Assembly (NCBI RefSeq): GCF_046119375.1
Contig: NW_027362771.1
Location: 590,364,001 to 590,428,000, forward strand
Reading direction: 5' to 3'
From: Phyllobates terribilis
Taxonomy: Eukaryota
DNA length: 64,000 nucleotides
Positions 32,974 to 45,199 of this stretch are shown here, in pieces (positions within the stretch are counted from its first letter, which is position 1; every line of letters begins with the position of its first letter). A program made the translations under genes and the position numbers. The notes beneath the pieces are model-generated. The model searched no databases, was not told the DNA's origin, and worked only from the letters and a program-made list of their open reading frames with translations.

Positions 32974-34914
32974 ATGGAGCTTTCTGCCCCCGTTCCTGCG
33001 GATCCGCCACGGTACTATGGGGATCCAAGACAGAGTCGTGCATTTGTGGAGCAATGCATGCTACACTTCAAGTTCTACCCTCTTTGTTTTCCCACCGATC
33101 GGGCTAAGGTGGGATTCATGATGTCTTACCTAGCGGGTGATGCCTTGAAATGGATCACCCCCCTATGGGACGCACAGGATCCTATTGTCCTGGACATAAT
33201 GGCCTTCTTGGTGGCCTTTCTAATGGTCTTCGATAACCCTAATCCGGAGGCTCCTGCTGAAGCTTCACTTCCCAATAACCCGGAGCAGCCCCATTGGGTA
33301 ATGTGTGTGCGTAGCGCACTAGTCCTCCTGCCCGGAGAGACTACTGCCCACCTAGAATCCACACAGGATGACTACGTTCTCCGGAATACTTCTCCCAACC
33401 TCAAGAGGCAGTCCAGACGTGCTAGGCGTAGAGGCAAGCCGTCACGCCAGGGTCTGTCCTCCCAAAGACCTCCTGACCACAACCTTGAAGTCCCTGCTGA
33501 AGCTTCACTTCCCTGTATCCCGGTGCAGCCCCGACGGGTAATGTGCGTGGGTAGCGCACCAGTTCTCCTGCCCGAAGAGACTTCTGCCCACCTAGAATCC
33601 ACACAGGAGGACTTCCTGCACCCGGTATCTGATGCTTCACCCACTTTAACCGGTGAGCCTGTCCAAGGGTACTCCGAAGCAGTGATTACCTCCGAGTCTG
33701 TGCATCTCTACTACCTGGCGGAGGACCCCCTGTTGCCTCCTGAATAATCCGGGATACCACCTGATGACAAATGGAGAGAGACTTCCCTACACCCGGTACC
33801 CGATACTTCGTCCGCTCCGTCCTGTGAGCCTGACAATGGATACCTCAAAGCGGTAGTTAACCCCGAGTTTCTACACCCCTCCGACCAGGCGGAGGACCTC
33901 CAGTTGTCTCCAGAACCCTTCGGGGTGCTACCTGGTAGCGAATGGACAGAGTCTTCCCTATACTCTGTACCTGATACCTCGCCCGCTTCGTCCAGTGAGT
34001 CTGACCTAGTGTACTCCGAAGCAGAGGTTATCCCCGAGTCTCTACACCCCTCCGACCAGGCGGAGGACCTCCAGTTGTCTCCTGAACCCTTCGGGGTGCT
34101 ACCTGATAGCGAATGGACAGAGACTCTCCTATACTCGGTACCTGATACCTCGGCCGCTTCTTCCAGTGAGTCCGACCTAGTGTACTCCGAAGCAGAGGTT
34201 ATCCCTGAGTCTCTACACCCCTCCGACCAGGCGGAGGACCTCCAGTTGTCTCCTGAACCCTTCGGGGTGCTACCTGATAGCGAAGAGACAGTGACTTTTC
34301 TACACCTTGTACCTGATACCTCGCCCATTTCATCCTGTGAGCTTGACAAGATGTACCCCGAAGCAGAGGTTACCCCCGAGTCTCTGCACCCCTCCAACCC
34401 GGCGGAGGACTTCCAGTTGTCTCCTGAATCCTCTGGGGTGCTACCTGATAATAAGTGGAGAGAGACTTCCTTGTGTGCTGTTCCTGGTACTCCACCCGTT
34501 TCGTCTGTTGCTGAGGATGGCTGGATAGGAGGTAGCATCCTAGCTACTCAGATGAGACCAGTTTTTCCTGTGGACAGTGGAAGTGATCTTGAAGTGAAGG
34601 ATTGGTCCTCGAATTCCCTGCGGAACATTCTGGCAGGCCTGAAGAAGAGGGGGCGTAAGGGGGGGGGTACTGTAACATACCTGGCGGCGTCCTTGCATAG
34701 TGGTCCATCTCCCACTGTGCAAGAGCGCGCACTTGATCTCCAGTCCAGTCTGCTAGCCTGGCTTCCCTCCATACTGTCTGCTTGCCTCTGTTTCTGCTGC
34801 TTAAGGGTGGCGCCCGATCACTTCCTGCTTCTTGCAGCTGCTGCAGGCACACCCCTTGTACGTCCTCAGCCTATTGCTGTCTGTCACCTGGTATTTAACC
34901 CAGCTCCTCCCTGA
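32974..34914 (+). pseudogene. Gag capsid N-terminal domain (PEG10/RTL1/LDOC1-like) fused to acidic 57-aa repeats; one in-frame TAA at 33745-47
   Basis: PPRYYGDPRQSRAFVEQC..FPTDRAKVGFMMSYLAGDALKW..FLMVFDNP; ORFs 32932 and 33904 share a frame; 171-bp repeat starts at 33871, 34042, 34213, 34384. Confidence 0.75.
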
Positions 34915-36172
34915 AATCCATGCCTGAGCATTGTGTTCTGTCAGTTGGCTTCCTGTCACTGATGTGCCAGGTCTTGTCTATGCTTCCTGCCTTGCGGTAT
35001 CAGTTCCCATGTCTGAACTGTGTCCTGTCTGAACTATCTTCTAGCCTGTTGTCTTCTGCCTATCCTGGAGGCTGTATTTCCAGGCCAGTGTGAACACGCT
35101 CCTAGCCTGTTCTTTCCCCCTTCTAGGGGCCGCATACCTAGACCCGTTCCTGTATCTTGCCTGTTCCTGTCTGAACTCGCTCCTAGCCTTTTCGTTCCGC
35201 CTTCTAGGGGCCGCATACCTAGACCCGCTCCTGTGTGTACAGAGCCCTGTCCCCTCTGCTCTGCCTTGCTCACCGCTCCGGCGGTTCTTGCCTGCTCTGC
35301 GTTGCTCGCTGCTCCGGCAGTCTCGCTCTGCTCTGACCCTTTGCTCGCTGCTCCGGCAGTCTCGTTCTGCTCTGACCCTTTGCTCGCTGCTCCGGCAGTC
35401 TCGCTCTGCTCTGACCCTTTGCTCGCTGCTGCGGCAGTCTCGCTCTGCTCTGACCCTTTGCTCGCTGCTCCGGCAGTCTCGCTCTGCTCTGACCCTTTGC
35501 TCGCTGCTCTGGCAGTCACTCTCTGCTCTGACCCTTTGCTCGCTGCTCCGGCAGTCTCGCTCTGCTCTGACCCTTTGCTCGCTGCTCTGGTAGTCTCGCT
35601 CTGCTCTGACCCTTTGCTCGCTGCTTCGGCAGTCTCGTCCCGCTCCTCTCTCGCTCACCGCTCCAGGCGGCCTTGTCCTGCTCTTCTCTTGCTCACCGCT
35701 CCAGGCGGTCTCGTCTTGTTCTGCTCTTGCTCGCCGCTCTGGGGGGCCTCACTCTGCTGTTTGTCCACCGCATCTGCGGTTCTGTTCCTGAGTCCCAGTC
35801 TGTACTGGGTCCTATCCACTCGTACCTGCCAGTAACTCCCTGCCTGCATACCAGTCGTGCTTACCAGCATCCGCCAGTCTGCATACCAGCTGTGTCTGCC
35901 AATACCCAGCAGTCTGTGTGCCAGCCTAACCTGCCTGTTCCTGTATTCCCCTGTGTGGGTCAACAGCCGTGTCCGGGGTCTGTCCTGGAGTAGCACCTGG
36001 TCCCTCTGCTCGGTTCCTCCTTGGTGCACTGGCGTCGTATGCCGTCGTGCGACCCTGGTCGGATTGGGTGGATACTTAGATACGCCCCTCCAGGCATTCA
36101 CTCTTCGGCACGGTCCAGTGGAATCACTACATATACACGCACACGCCACTCAGCCCGGGCGTGTGCATTACA
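34671..36172 (+). repeat. 3' LTR (1502 bp) with eight 39-bp repeats; lacks a ~235-bp segment of the 5' LTR
   Basis: Direct comparison with 31055-32830. Confidence 0.9.
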
Positions 36173-37914
36173 CTTCTGACGCTGAAATTTATAGTGAGGA
36201 CGCAGGAGAGGTTTTCTTCTGATGACTCTTCCATGAAGGCCATATTTGTCTCTGAACAGTAGAACAATGTCCCACAACTCCAGAGTCTGCTAAATTTTTC
36301 TAAAGGTCTTTTTCAGTTAAGCAGGGATATTGATTTGCCTCTCTAGCAATCCTCTGAGCAACTCTCACTGAAATTTTGTTTTGTCTTCCAGACCTTATCT
36401 TGACCTCCACTGTTCCTGGTAACTGCCATTTCTTAATTACATTTCAGACTGAGGAAAGGGCAACTTGAAAACGCTTTGCTATCTTCTTATAGCCTTCTCC
36501 TCCTTTGTGGACCTCCACCATTTTCAGAGTGCTAGGCAGCTGCTTAGAAGACCCCATGGCTGCTGGTTTTTGGCACCAGGTTAGAGGAGGCTGGGTTTTT
36601 ATAAAGCTGTGAAATTTGCATCACCTTGCCTTTCCTAACAATGATAGTCAAGTCATAACCCTAACAGGCTAATTAAGGTCTGAAACCTTCGTCAAAGCTA
36701 TCTGAGCACACAAATCTCCAAGGGTGCCCAAACTTTTGCATAGACCCATTTTCCTTTGTGTAATTTTTAAAATGAAAAAAATGACAATATTTTTTATTTT
36801 TGCCTAAATACAAAGGAAATGTGTCATCTTTAACTTTAGGCCTTTTAGAGATCATTTCATCTACAACTTGCTTAACTGTTCACAATAAAAGTAATTTTAA
36901 CCAGAGGTGCCCAAACTTTTACATGCCACTGTAACTTGTCAGGTCATGCGATATGTGGCTATGTTAATAAAATATTGTGCCATCTGACATGTTAAGAATT
37001 ACCACAGCTGTATTTATGCTAAGGCCATTATTTTTAAAATTAAGGCCTGTAGCATACCAAAGCCTATCCCATGACCACCCCTATGCGATTATCATACATA
37101 TGGTCACTGGCTTCTCTTACGGATTCTCCTAATAAAGTAGGCGCTGTAGTTTTTCACTGAGAATTTAGGAAACCAGGAAGAACAGCCAGCCGGCTCATGA
37201 CTGTAAGTGTGGAAATCAGATATGAGTGGATATATGATGACTAATCATACAGTTTAATCTGAGTATAGGAGGGGGAGCTAAACTAATTTTTACCCCAGGT
37301 GCAGGAAACCCCAGATTTCCCTCTGATCGTTCACATTTTCACAATTGTGATAGTCCACCTCAAGAACAATTTTTCTTTTTTTTTTCACTTTAATGCATGT
37401 ATTTGAGGCTAAAATAATTTTTGCCATTGGGTTTCATTCAAAATTTGGCACTGTTTGCCTTCTAAAGCCTCTGCGGTGCACTGTCTATTGCTCACCGTAG
37501 AATGAGTTAACTAAGATCCATTAGTCTGCCCGCTATGAAGTACCACAGGGAGTCTATAACTCTTTTATCTATCTTTTCCTGAGCTCCTTTGAGCTGATAT
37601 CTGACCACATCCAAGTATAGTGTGCAGGGAAACAAAGAGCTTGTAAAAGCCAACCAGTAAAAAGTATTAATGAAAACCAAATGCTATTTAGACCCAAATA
37701 CATGTATTTAAATAAATTTTAAAAAAAGTCCACAAATGGGGGCAACTGCTCTAAAGGTAAAAAGGTCACCAATAAACACCCCATCAGGAACATTCCCATT
37801 ATAGCAGTGTCTTATCATACATATTATAATTTACAGACACACAGCCAGACATTAAAAACATGGAAACATTAAGTATGACGTGTGTGTATTTTTTGACACT
37901 CATCCAACAATTGT

Positions 37915-39830
37915 GACTTTTATGCCCTACCAAAAGTGCATGAAACTATAACCAATCCACATGGTAAACCAATCATTTCGGTAATGATAATCTCTTAACA
38001 ATTATGGATCAAATATTAAGGCCCTTTGTTACAGCACTCTCTTCATATTTGATTGACATAAAGGACACAGTTTTGAAACTGCAACGTTTTTCAATATCAA
38101 CTGGTACATTTATTGCCAGTCTTGATGTTGAAATGTTAGGTAGCGGTATAACACATGATGATTTGTGAATTCATGTTGTTTATTCATTTCTAAAAAGTAA
38201 TGGTACACATTTTTACATAATGAATTTGTGTTAAAACTTTAAGGATTTATTTTGGAGCACAATTTTTTTCTGTTCAATAGTGAAGTCTTCCACCAGCTTA
38301 GGGGGACCGCAATGGGGACGGTTTGTGCCCCTTCATATGCTGATCTCTTCTTGTACTGGTGGAACTTTTCTGGAAAGTTCTTTCATTTTATACTTTGCAA
38401 ACATCCTCTTCAGATAGGATGAAGACTGGAACTCTAGTGCCACCTATTGGGCATAACATGGAAAAGACAATATGGACTCTTCAATGAGCCTTTCCTAATG
38501 ACTTAGGATATTAGTCACATTTTATTTTGCACATCATAATATTTAGATTGAATCATTTTTTCTGATTTACTTATAAGATTGGTGTTAAACAAATCAATTT
38601 CTTGGATCTAACCATGTGGATTGACAATGATGGCAACATCCAAACTAAAATGTACAGGAAAGATACTAAGAACTAATCTCCTCCATTGCCAATGCTTCCA
38701 TCCTGTTCCACTGAGGCATGGAATATCTATTTCTCAACACTTAAAGGTACATCGCAATTGTTTGAGAGATGAGGATTTTATAAGAGAGAGACAGAAACTG
38801 TATAGATGATTTCATAAAAGAAGCTTTCGTCAGAAACCAATTAAAAAGTCACTGGTTCTACTAAAGTGAAAAATAAGAAAAATTATGTGTTTATCAGATA
38901 TATTGGCACCTATGATGAACATTTGCCGGGTATTAGCCAAATATTGGCGAGTTTTGCTGAAGATTTAAAGACTGGAATTGCTGATTACCCAATTATAATA
39001 AACTGTAGGTCTTGTAATTTGAAGAATATTTTGGTATCAAGCCATTAGAAACAAATTACAGTGCAAACTGATTTGTAACTATAAAACAAAGCACTCAGAT
39101 CCCATAAACGTGGTCAGTGTAAGGCCTGTAAAATAACGCAACTATGAAACAGTTTCAAAATCTCATTGATTTAATTAAGCACTCTCACTAACTTATTTAT
39201 TGATTTAATGTGCATGAATGTGCATGTAGTGTAGTGTGAGTATGCTAATATACTGATCTACTGCTGCTCTCTCCGGTATTCAGCATCGGTCTTCTGCTCT
39301 TCTCAGTGACGTCACCGCAATTCTCACTAGCCTGCTCACTCTGTGCTCTATGTGTGAGCTGGTAGTCTCTTTTATAATGTAAGTCTATGAAGTCTCGCTC
39401 TGACACTCCATAGATTTACATTGTAAAAGTCTCTTCCGGGTCACGCAGAGCACAGCAGAGTGGTGATGTCACTGAGAAGAGGAGAAGAATGGTGCTGGAC
39501 TCCAGAGAGAGCAGTGGTAGGTGAGTATATGAATACACTCACACTACATTACATGCACATACTGTACACACATTTAATCAATAAACAAGTTATTGGGGGT
39601 ACTTTATTTAAAGAATTCTTCCACTGATTCTATTGGTTTGTTACCTGCACTACCTCTGGTGTAATCTACATGGTGATGTGCAATACCACTTATTACCTCG
39701 TAATCCTCCAACATATCAATTTTATCAAAAAACAATTGGATGCACCAGAATCTCATCACATGTGGTTTAACCATCACTCTGATCCGTTTGTCCTTAAAAT
39801 TGTGGAACTATTGAAAAATGGAAAGTGTTA
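37915..39830 (+). mobile_element. Degenerate Penelope-like element (RT plus linker), interrupted by MITEs
   Basis: FYALPKVHETITNPHGKPIIS (~37920); FILEHNFFLFNSEVFHQLRGTAMGTVCAPSYADLF (~38245-38350); IINCRSCNLKNILVSSH and G.CKAC (~39000-39130). Confidence 0.78.
39175..39611. mobile_element. Palindromic TTAA-target MITE inserted in the Penelope-like remnant
   Basis: TTAA at both ends; long imperfect inverted arms; the related PLE copy near 53675 shows the empty site gatttaaggaattctt. Confidence 0.7.
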
Positions 39831-39887
39831 ATGTTTTAATAAAAAAAAATCATGTTTGCTTTAATTTTCAGCGTGTAAACACTAGGG

Positions 39888-40072
39888 CAGTGTTCCCCAA
39901 CTCCAGTCCTCAAGAGCCACCAACAGGTCATGCTTTCAGGATTTCCTTAGTATTGCACAGGTGGTGGAATTATTGCACATGCAGGTGAGAAGATATCACC
40001 TAGGCAATACTAAGGAAATCCTGGAAACATGACCTGTTGGTGGCTCTTGAGGACTGGAGTTGGGGAACAATG
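39888..40072. mobile_element. hAT (Charlie-like) MITE, 185 bp, almost fully palindromic
   Basis: ~45-bp TIRs CAGTGTTCCCCAACTCCAGTCCTCAAGAGCC; 8-bp TSD CACTAGGG/CCCTAGGG. Confidence 0.88.
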
Positions 40073-40099
40073 CCCTAGGGGGGAGCAGTTGCCCATTTA

Positions 40100-40660
40100 A
40101 AAAATGCAAAAAGCCATGTAGGGGACACAGCAAGCATGTCGAAGAAGATGCTCTGGTCAGATGAGACCAAAGTAGATGTTTTTGGGTTAAATGCAAAACG
40201 TTATATGTGGCAGAAAACAAACACTGCTCATCACCCTGAAAACACCATCCCCACCATCATACATGGTGGTGGCAGCATCCTGCTGTGGGGAGGCTTTTCT
40301 TCAGCAGGGGCAGGGAAGCTGGTCAGAGTTGACGGGAAAATGGATGGAGCTAAATACAGAGCAATTCCTGGAAGAAAACCTATTCGAGGCTGCCCTGCCA
40401 AAGACTTGAGAGCAGGACTTAGGTTCACCTTCCAACAGGACAACAACCCTAAACATCCTCCCAGAGCTACAGTGAATGGTTTAGATCACAGCCTAATTTA
40501 TGTGTGTGAATGGACCAGTCACAGTCCACATCAAAATTCCATTGAGAATCTGTGATAAGACTTGAAAATTGCTTTTCACAGACGTCTCCATCCAATCTCA
40601 CTGAGCGAGAGCGAGTGTGCAAAGAAGAATGGGGAAAAATTCTCACACCAGTGTTCCATC
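40100..40660 (+). pseudogene. Tc1 transposase fragment, degenerate, no TIRs found
   Basis: LWSDETK, HGGGSILLWG, FQQDNNPKH motifs. Confidence 0.8.
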
Positions 40661-41029
40661 CTTTGATGGTGACTTTAAGATGGTGAAATATGTTGATTGA
40701 CATTGATTGTGGTTACCTTAATATAGCCGCAGCTTGCTAATAATCACTGCTGGGATGGTTTTTCGAAGTGCCGTCATTACACTTAAGTGAAGCACGTTCT
40801 GTGCAGAGCAAATATCTGATAATACTGGCAGCAATGGGCACATTTAAATATTATCTCCTTTTACAATTGTGATACAGGAGAAAAAAATTGTGAAGTTTTA
40901 AACTTTTAGTAAAGTCTAGGCAATAATGGCTGGTCAGTGAGGGCTGGGTCGGACTGGCCTGCCGGGAAACCAGAGTCTCCCGCGGGAGCCTGGGCAGGTA
41001 AGAAGAATATTTTTTTCTGAGTTGCAGAA

Positions 41030-41400
41030 GAGTGTCAGGATGGGAGACATAGGGGCCAGAATGGGGGACATAAGGGACCGGGAGGGGGGACATTATTACA
41101 TAATGGGACCAGGATGGGGGACATTTTTTACTAAAGAGGCTGAGAATGATTGACATTACAGGAAGGTGGCAGGATGGGGTTATTATTACAGGAAGAGGCC
41201 CAGGATGGAGGATATTATTACAGGAAGGGGCCAGGATGGGAGACATTATTATAGGAAAGGGCCATAATGGGGGGCATTATTACAGGAAGGGGTCCAGGAT
41301 GGAGGACATTACAGAAAGGGCCCAGGATGGGGAACATTATTACAGAAAGGGGCCAGGACAGAGGACATTATTACAGGAAGAGGGCCAGGATGAGTGACAT
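41030..41400. repeat. Degenerate ~31-33-bp tandem repeat (GGGGACATTATTACAGGAAGGGGCCAGGAT)
   Basis: Read directly. Confidence 0.75.
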
Positions 41401-41754
41401 AGTTACATAATTAATGTATGGGAGCCAGAATGAGGGACATAGATTATCAGTTTTTAGTGGCAAGTCGGGGACATATGTACTGTAGGGGCATTGTAGAAGA
41501 CATTATTACTGCTGTAGTATATTTTACTTTTGAGGATACTGTTTTCCATGGGGAAACAAAAGTGAGGTCCTGTTACTGTGCAGGGAGGCACTACGTTGCT
41601 TTTTTCTTCATTTGGCATAGTACAGGAATCAGGGAAAAGTGGGGAATGTGCTCTAGAAGTGATAAGCTATACTTGTCTGTGTGTTACTCTCTGCAGACAA
41701 TTCCTGGCTAGAAGTGACAGTGGTCAGCGTGTCAGATGAAGAATAAAAGCCAAG

Positions 41755-42880
41755 ATGAATTAATTCAAAAAGACACGTCACTGGTAAGTCACTGTATTAC
41801 ATGTACACTTACAACATATACTATGTAAAGAGCTCCTGTGTATAATGTTACTGGTGATCCCTGTATTACCTGTACACTATATACAGAGCTGTGTATAATG
41901 TCACTGGTGATCCCTGTATTACCTGTACACTATACACTATATACAGAGATCCTGTGTATAATGGCACTGGTGATCCCTGTATTACCTGTACACTATACAC
42001 TATATACAGAGCTCCTGTTTATAATGTCACTGGTGATCTCTGTATTACCTGTACACTATACACTATATACAGAGATCCTGTCTATAATGGCACTGGTGAT
42101 CCCTGTATTACCTGTACACTATACACTATATACAGAGATCCTGTGTATAATGGCACTGGTGATCACTGTATTACCTCTACACTGACACTATATACAGATC
42201 TCCTGTTTATAATGTCACTGGTGATCACTGTATTACCTGTACACTGCCACTATATACAGAGATCCTGTGTATAATGGCACTGGTGATTAATTCAACAAGC
42301 CTCGTCATTGGTAAGTCACTGTATTACATGTACACTTACACCATATACTATGTAAAGAGCTCCTGTGTATAATGTCACTGGTGATCCCTGTATTACCTGT
42401 ACACTATACACTATATACAGAGATCCTGTGTATAATGGCACTAGTGATCCCTGTATTACCTGTACACTATACACTATATACAGAGATCCTGTCTATAATG
42501 GCACTGGTGATCCCTGTATTACCTGTACACTGACACTATATACAGAGCTGTGTATAATGTCACTGATGATCCCTGTATTACCTGTACACAATACACTATA
42601 TACAGAGCTCCTGTGTATAATGTCACTGTATTACCTGTACACAATACACTATATACAGAGCTCCTGTGTATAATGTCACTGATGATCCCTGTATTATCTG
42701 TACATTGACACTATATACAAAGCTCCTGTGTATAATGTCACCGGTGAGTCAGTGTATTATCTGTACACTATACACTATATACATAGCTCCTGTGCATAAT
42801 GTCACTGGTGATCACTATATTATCAGTACACTTACACTATACAGAGTTCCTGTGTATAATGTCACTGATGATGATATTAG
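41755..42880. repeat. 63-bp minisatellite with shorter variants and a duplicated lead-in block (41755-41830 repeated at 42288-42362)
   Basis: Unit starts at 41951, 42014, 42077, 42140; 21-aa repeats in the ORF track. Confidence 0.9.
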
Positions 42881-44216
42881 TATTATTAGTATTGTGGTTT
42901 TTATTAATGATCAGTATTTTAGTATTGTGGTAGTAATATCTAGTTAGATTTCTGTGTGGTGTATTTCTCTCTTGTATGTGATGTTATTCGGTCACTATGT
43001 GGTGGTAATATGTTGTCTGGTCATCATGGGCATATTTGTCCCTTGTATATAATATTAATAGGTCACTTTGTGGTCTGGTCATGGTGGGGCATTATTTCTC
43101 CCTTGTATGTGGTATTAGCGGTCTTGGTATAGTGGATTAAGTTGTGTATGGCGGTCACGTGTTCTCTCTGATATCAATAAGGAAATGACTATTTCCATTA
43201 GAGATTAAATACTTGGATGTTTAACCCCTCCCTGCCTGTGACTGTTACAGAGTGGCAAAAGTCCACTTACAGGGGTTCTCGGGTGAAAACAAATTATCAC
43301 CTATCCATAAAATAAGTGATAACTTATTGATTGATGGGGTCCTAGTGTTAGGACCCAGCCGATGGGCAGAATGTGGACCTTTTATCTCCATGTGCGACAC
43401 AACCACTGATCTATTCATTCCCTAAGTGGCTGCTAAACTGCTGCTCTTGGCTTTTTATCTCAGCCCACAGAGGATGAATGACATCCAAGCTGCCTGTCAT
43501 GGCTAAAAGTTCCCCATTCTTACGATCAGTCAATTCCTTCTGTTGGCCTCAGACTCCCCAGTCCAACCCTGAGTCAGAGGCTGATATCTATTTAGGGATT
43601 ATGACCTTTTAGGGTTTATTTGTGCTTCTGTGGCGCTCCTGAGGGTTTAGTCGCCGTTACATCTCACCCAGAGGTGTGGTATCTCACCCTCAGGTAAGGG
43701 AGGAGTCCAGCTCGTGACCCTATCACCGGCATTCACTACACCACATTTCCGGGGGACAGGGCGAGATTGCTCCTACGGAAGAGCACAGTCCCTGGTCCCT
43801 GGCTGGAGTGGGGGGGAACCACCTAGAGAGGGGGAACCATGTAGTGGATGGGGTGGAGGAAGTAGATCCTGGGAACACTTGAAAGGAAGCTGTATAAAAT
43901 AGGGAACCATCTTAGAAAGACAGACTAGTCAGAGGAGGAGAAGTGACAGGAGCAGAGGCTCTGTATGAGCTCTGCTCCAGAGGCGGGCCTAGTTAGGAGG
44001 CCCAAGTCTGAAGAGAAGGAGAAGCAAGGAGGAGAGGGAGCAGGAAAGGCTCCAGGAGTAGAGGAGAAGGGACCCTAGGGGTAGGGGCCGAGCAGAAAGC
44101 CACCAGTACGCCCGCTGCTACCAGGAGGTAGAGGGGTCAGGCCAGATAAGGGGAACCGGTCCCTCAACTAGTGGAGAACTTCAAGGCTCAACTTCACATG
44201 CCAGAAATGCAAGCTT

Positions 44217-45077
44217 GTGTCCCTGTTGGAGGAAAAGTTGCGAAATCTAGAAGAGAGGTTAACTACCTTGAAAATCATTAAGGAAGGTGAAGAGTTCTTA
44301 GACAGAGCAGAATTATCTCTTCATGATTCAGAAAGAGAAGAAATTCGAACTGCACCTGACGAAACAGAGGAATGGAAGCATGTGACCCACAGAAGCAGGA
44401 GGATCGAGAGGCAGTCAGCACCCATACTGCTCAGGAACCAGTACCAGGCTCTCACGCAGGAGAACCATGAAGAAATACAGCAAAATAAGACTTTGCCAGC
44501 AATGAATAACCTTGTAAGCCCTCAGTATCCTCCTGGATGGAGAAAGAAGAATGTTGTGAAGAAAAAACGGAGAGTGGTGGTCATGGGGGATTCCCTGTTA
44601 AGAGGGACAGAGGCCGCTATCTGCAGACCAGACATAACCTCAAGAGAAATGTGCTGTCTTCCAGGAGCAAAAATTAAAGATGTGTCTGACAGGATATCAA
44701 GACTCTTCAGACCTACAGATCACTACCCATTCCTGCTAATACATGTGGGGACAAATGACACCGCAAGAAAGGACCTGGAAACCATCTGCAGTGACTTTGA
44801 AGTCTTAGGCAAGAAAGTGAAAGAATTGGGAGCGCAGGTGGTCTTCTCATCCATCCTCCCAGTGGATGGCCATGGAACAATGAGGTGGAATAAGATTCTA
44901 CAGGTGAACAACTGGCTACGTCGATGGTGCCGTCAACAAGGATTTGGATTTCTGGATCACGGAATGAATTACCTATACGATGGACTACTTGCTAGAGATG
45001 GGGTGCACCTTACGAAGACTGGAAAACATGTATTTGGAAGTCGCCTTGCTACACTCATCAGGAGAGCTTTAAACTAG
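44217..45077 (+). CDS. CR1 ORF1 (N-terminally truncated): leucine zipper plus SGNH esterase-like domain
   Basis: Upstream FTCQKCKLV; LEEKLRNLEERL; GDSLLRG, GTND, DGVHL blocks. Confidence 0.9.
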   Translation: MSLLEEKLRNLEERLTTLKIIKEGEEFLDRAELSLHDSEREEIRTAPDETEEWKHVTHRSRRIERQSAPILLRNQYQALTQENHEEIQQNKTLPAMNNLVSPQYPPGWRKKNVVKKKRRVVVMGDSLLRGTEAAICRPDITSREMCCLPGAKIKDVSDRISRLFRPTDHYPFLLIHVGTNDTARKDLETICSDFEVLGKKVKELGAQVVFSSILPVDGHGTMRWNKILQVNNWLRRWCRQQGFGFLDHGMNYLYDGLLARDGVHLTKTGKHVFGSRLATLIRRALN

Positions 45078-45199
45078 AACAATGTGGGAAGGGAAGCAAA
45101 AGGCCAGAAAAAGCCATACAGCTGACAAATACTATTGAGATCTCTGCTACTGGAAGTGGAAAGGAAGAACAAAGACAAAACAATTTAAATAATAAAAAT

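Larger units (their letters stand above)
31055..36172 (+). mobile_element. Non-autonomous Ty3/gypsy (sushi/Tf1-like) LTR element, 5118 bp
   Basis: 5-bp TSD CTTCT; LTRs 31055-32830 and 34671-36172 (TGTAAC..TTACA); PPT aaggggggggtac; no tRNA PBS seen; no pol. Confidence 0.92.
30277..36931 (-). mobile_element. Tc1 DD34E transposon, degenerate, split by an LTR element
   Basis: TA-flanked TIRs CAGTGGCATG(A/T)AAAAGTTTGGGCACC; minus-strand KHGGGSIMFWGC and DNDPKH-x-E at 30433-30948; 5' half resumes at 36173. Confidence 0.92.

Noticed and set aside
38280-38430. Good acceptor (tttttttctgttcaatag) as the missing transmembrane exon of the chemokine
   Set aside because: The sequence encodes Penelope RT motif GTAMG..APSYADLF in another frame and no TM helix.
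41697-41783. Exon-like segment (ctctctgcag..ACTG|gtaagt)
   Set aside because: Has stops, sits in a repeat and is partly duplicated at 42288; likely part of a non-autonomous element.
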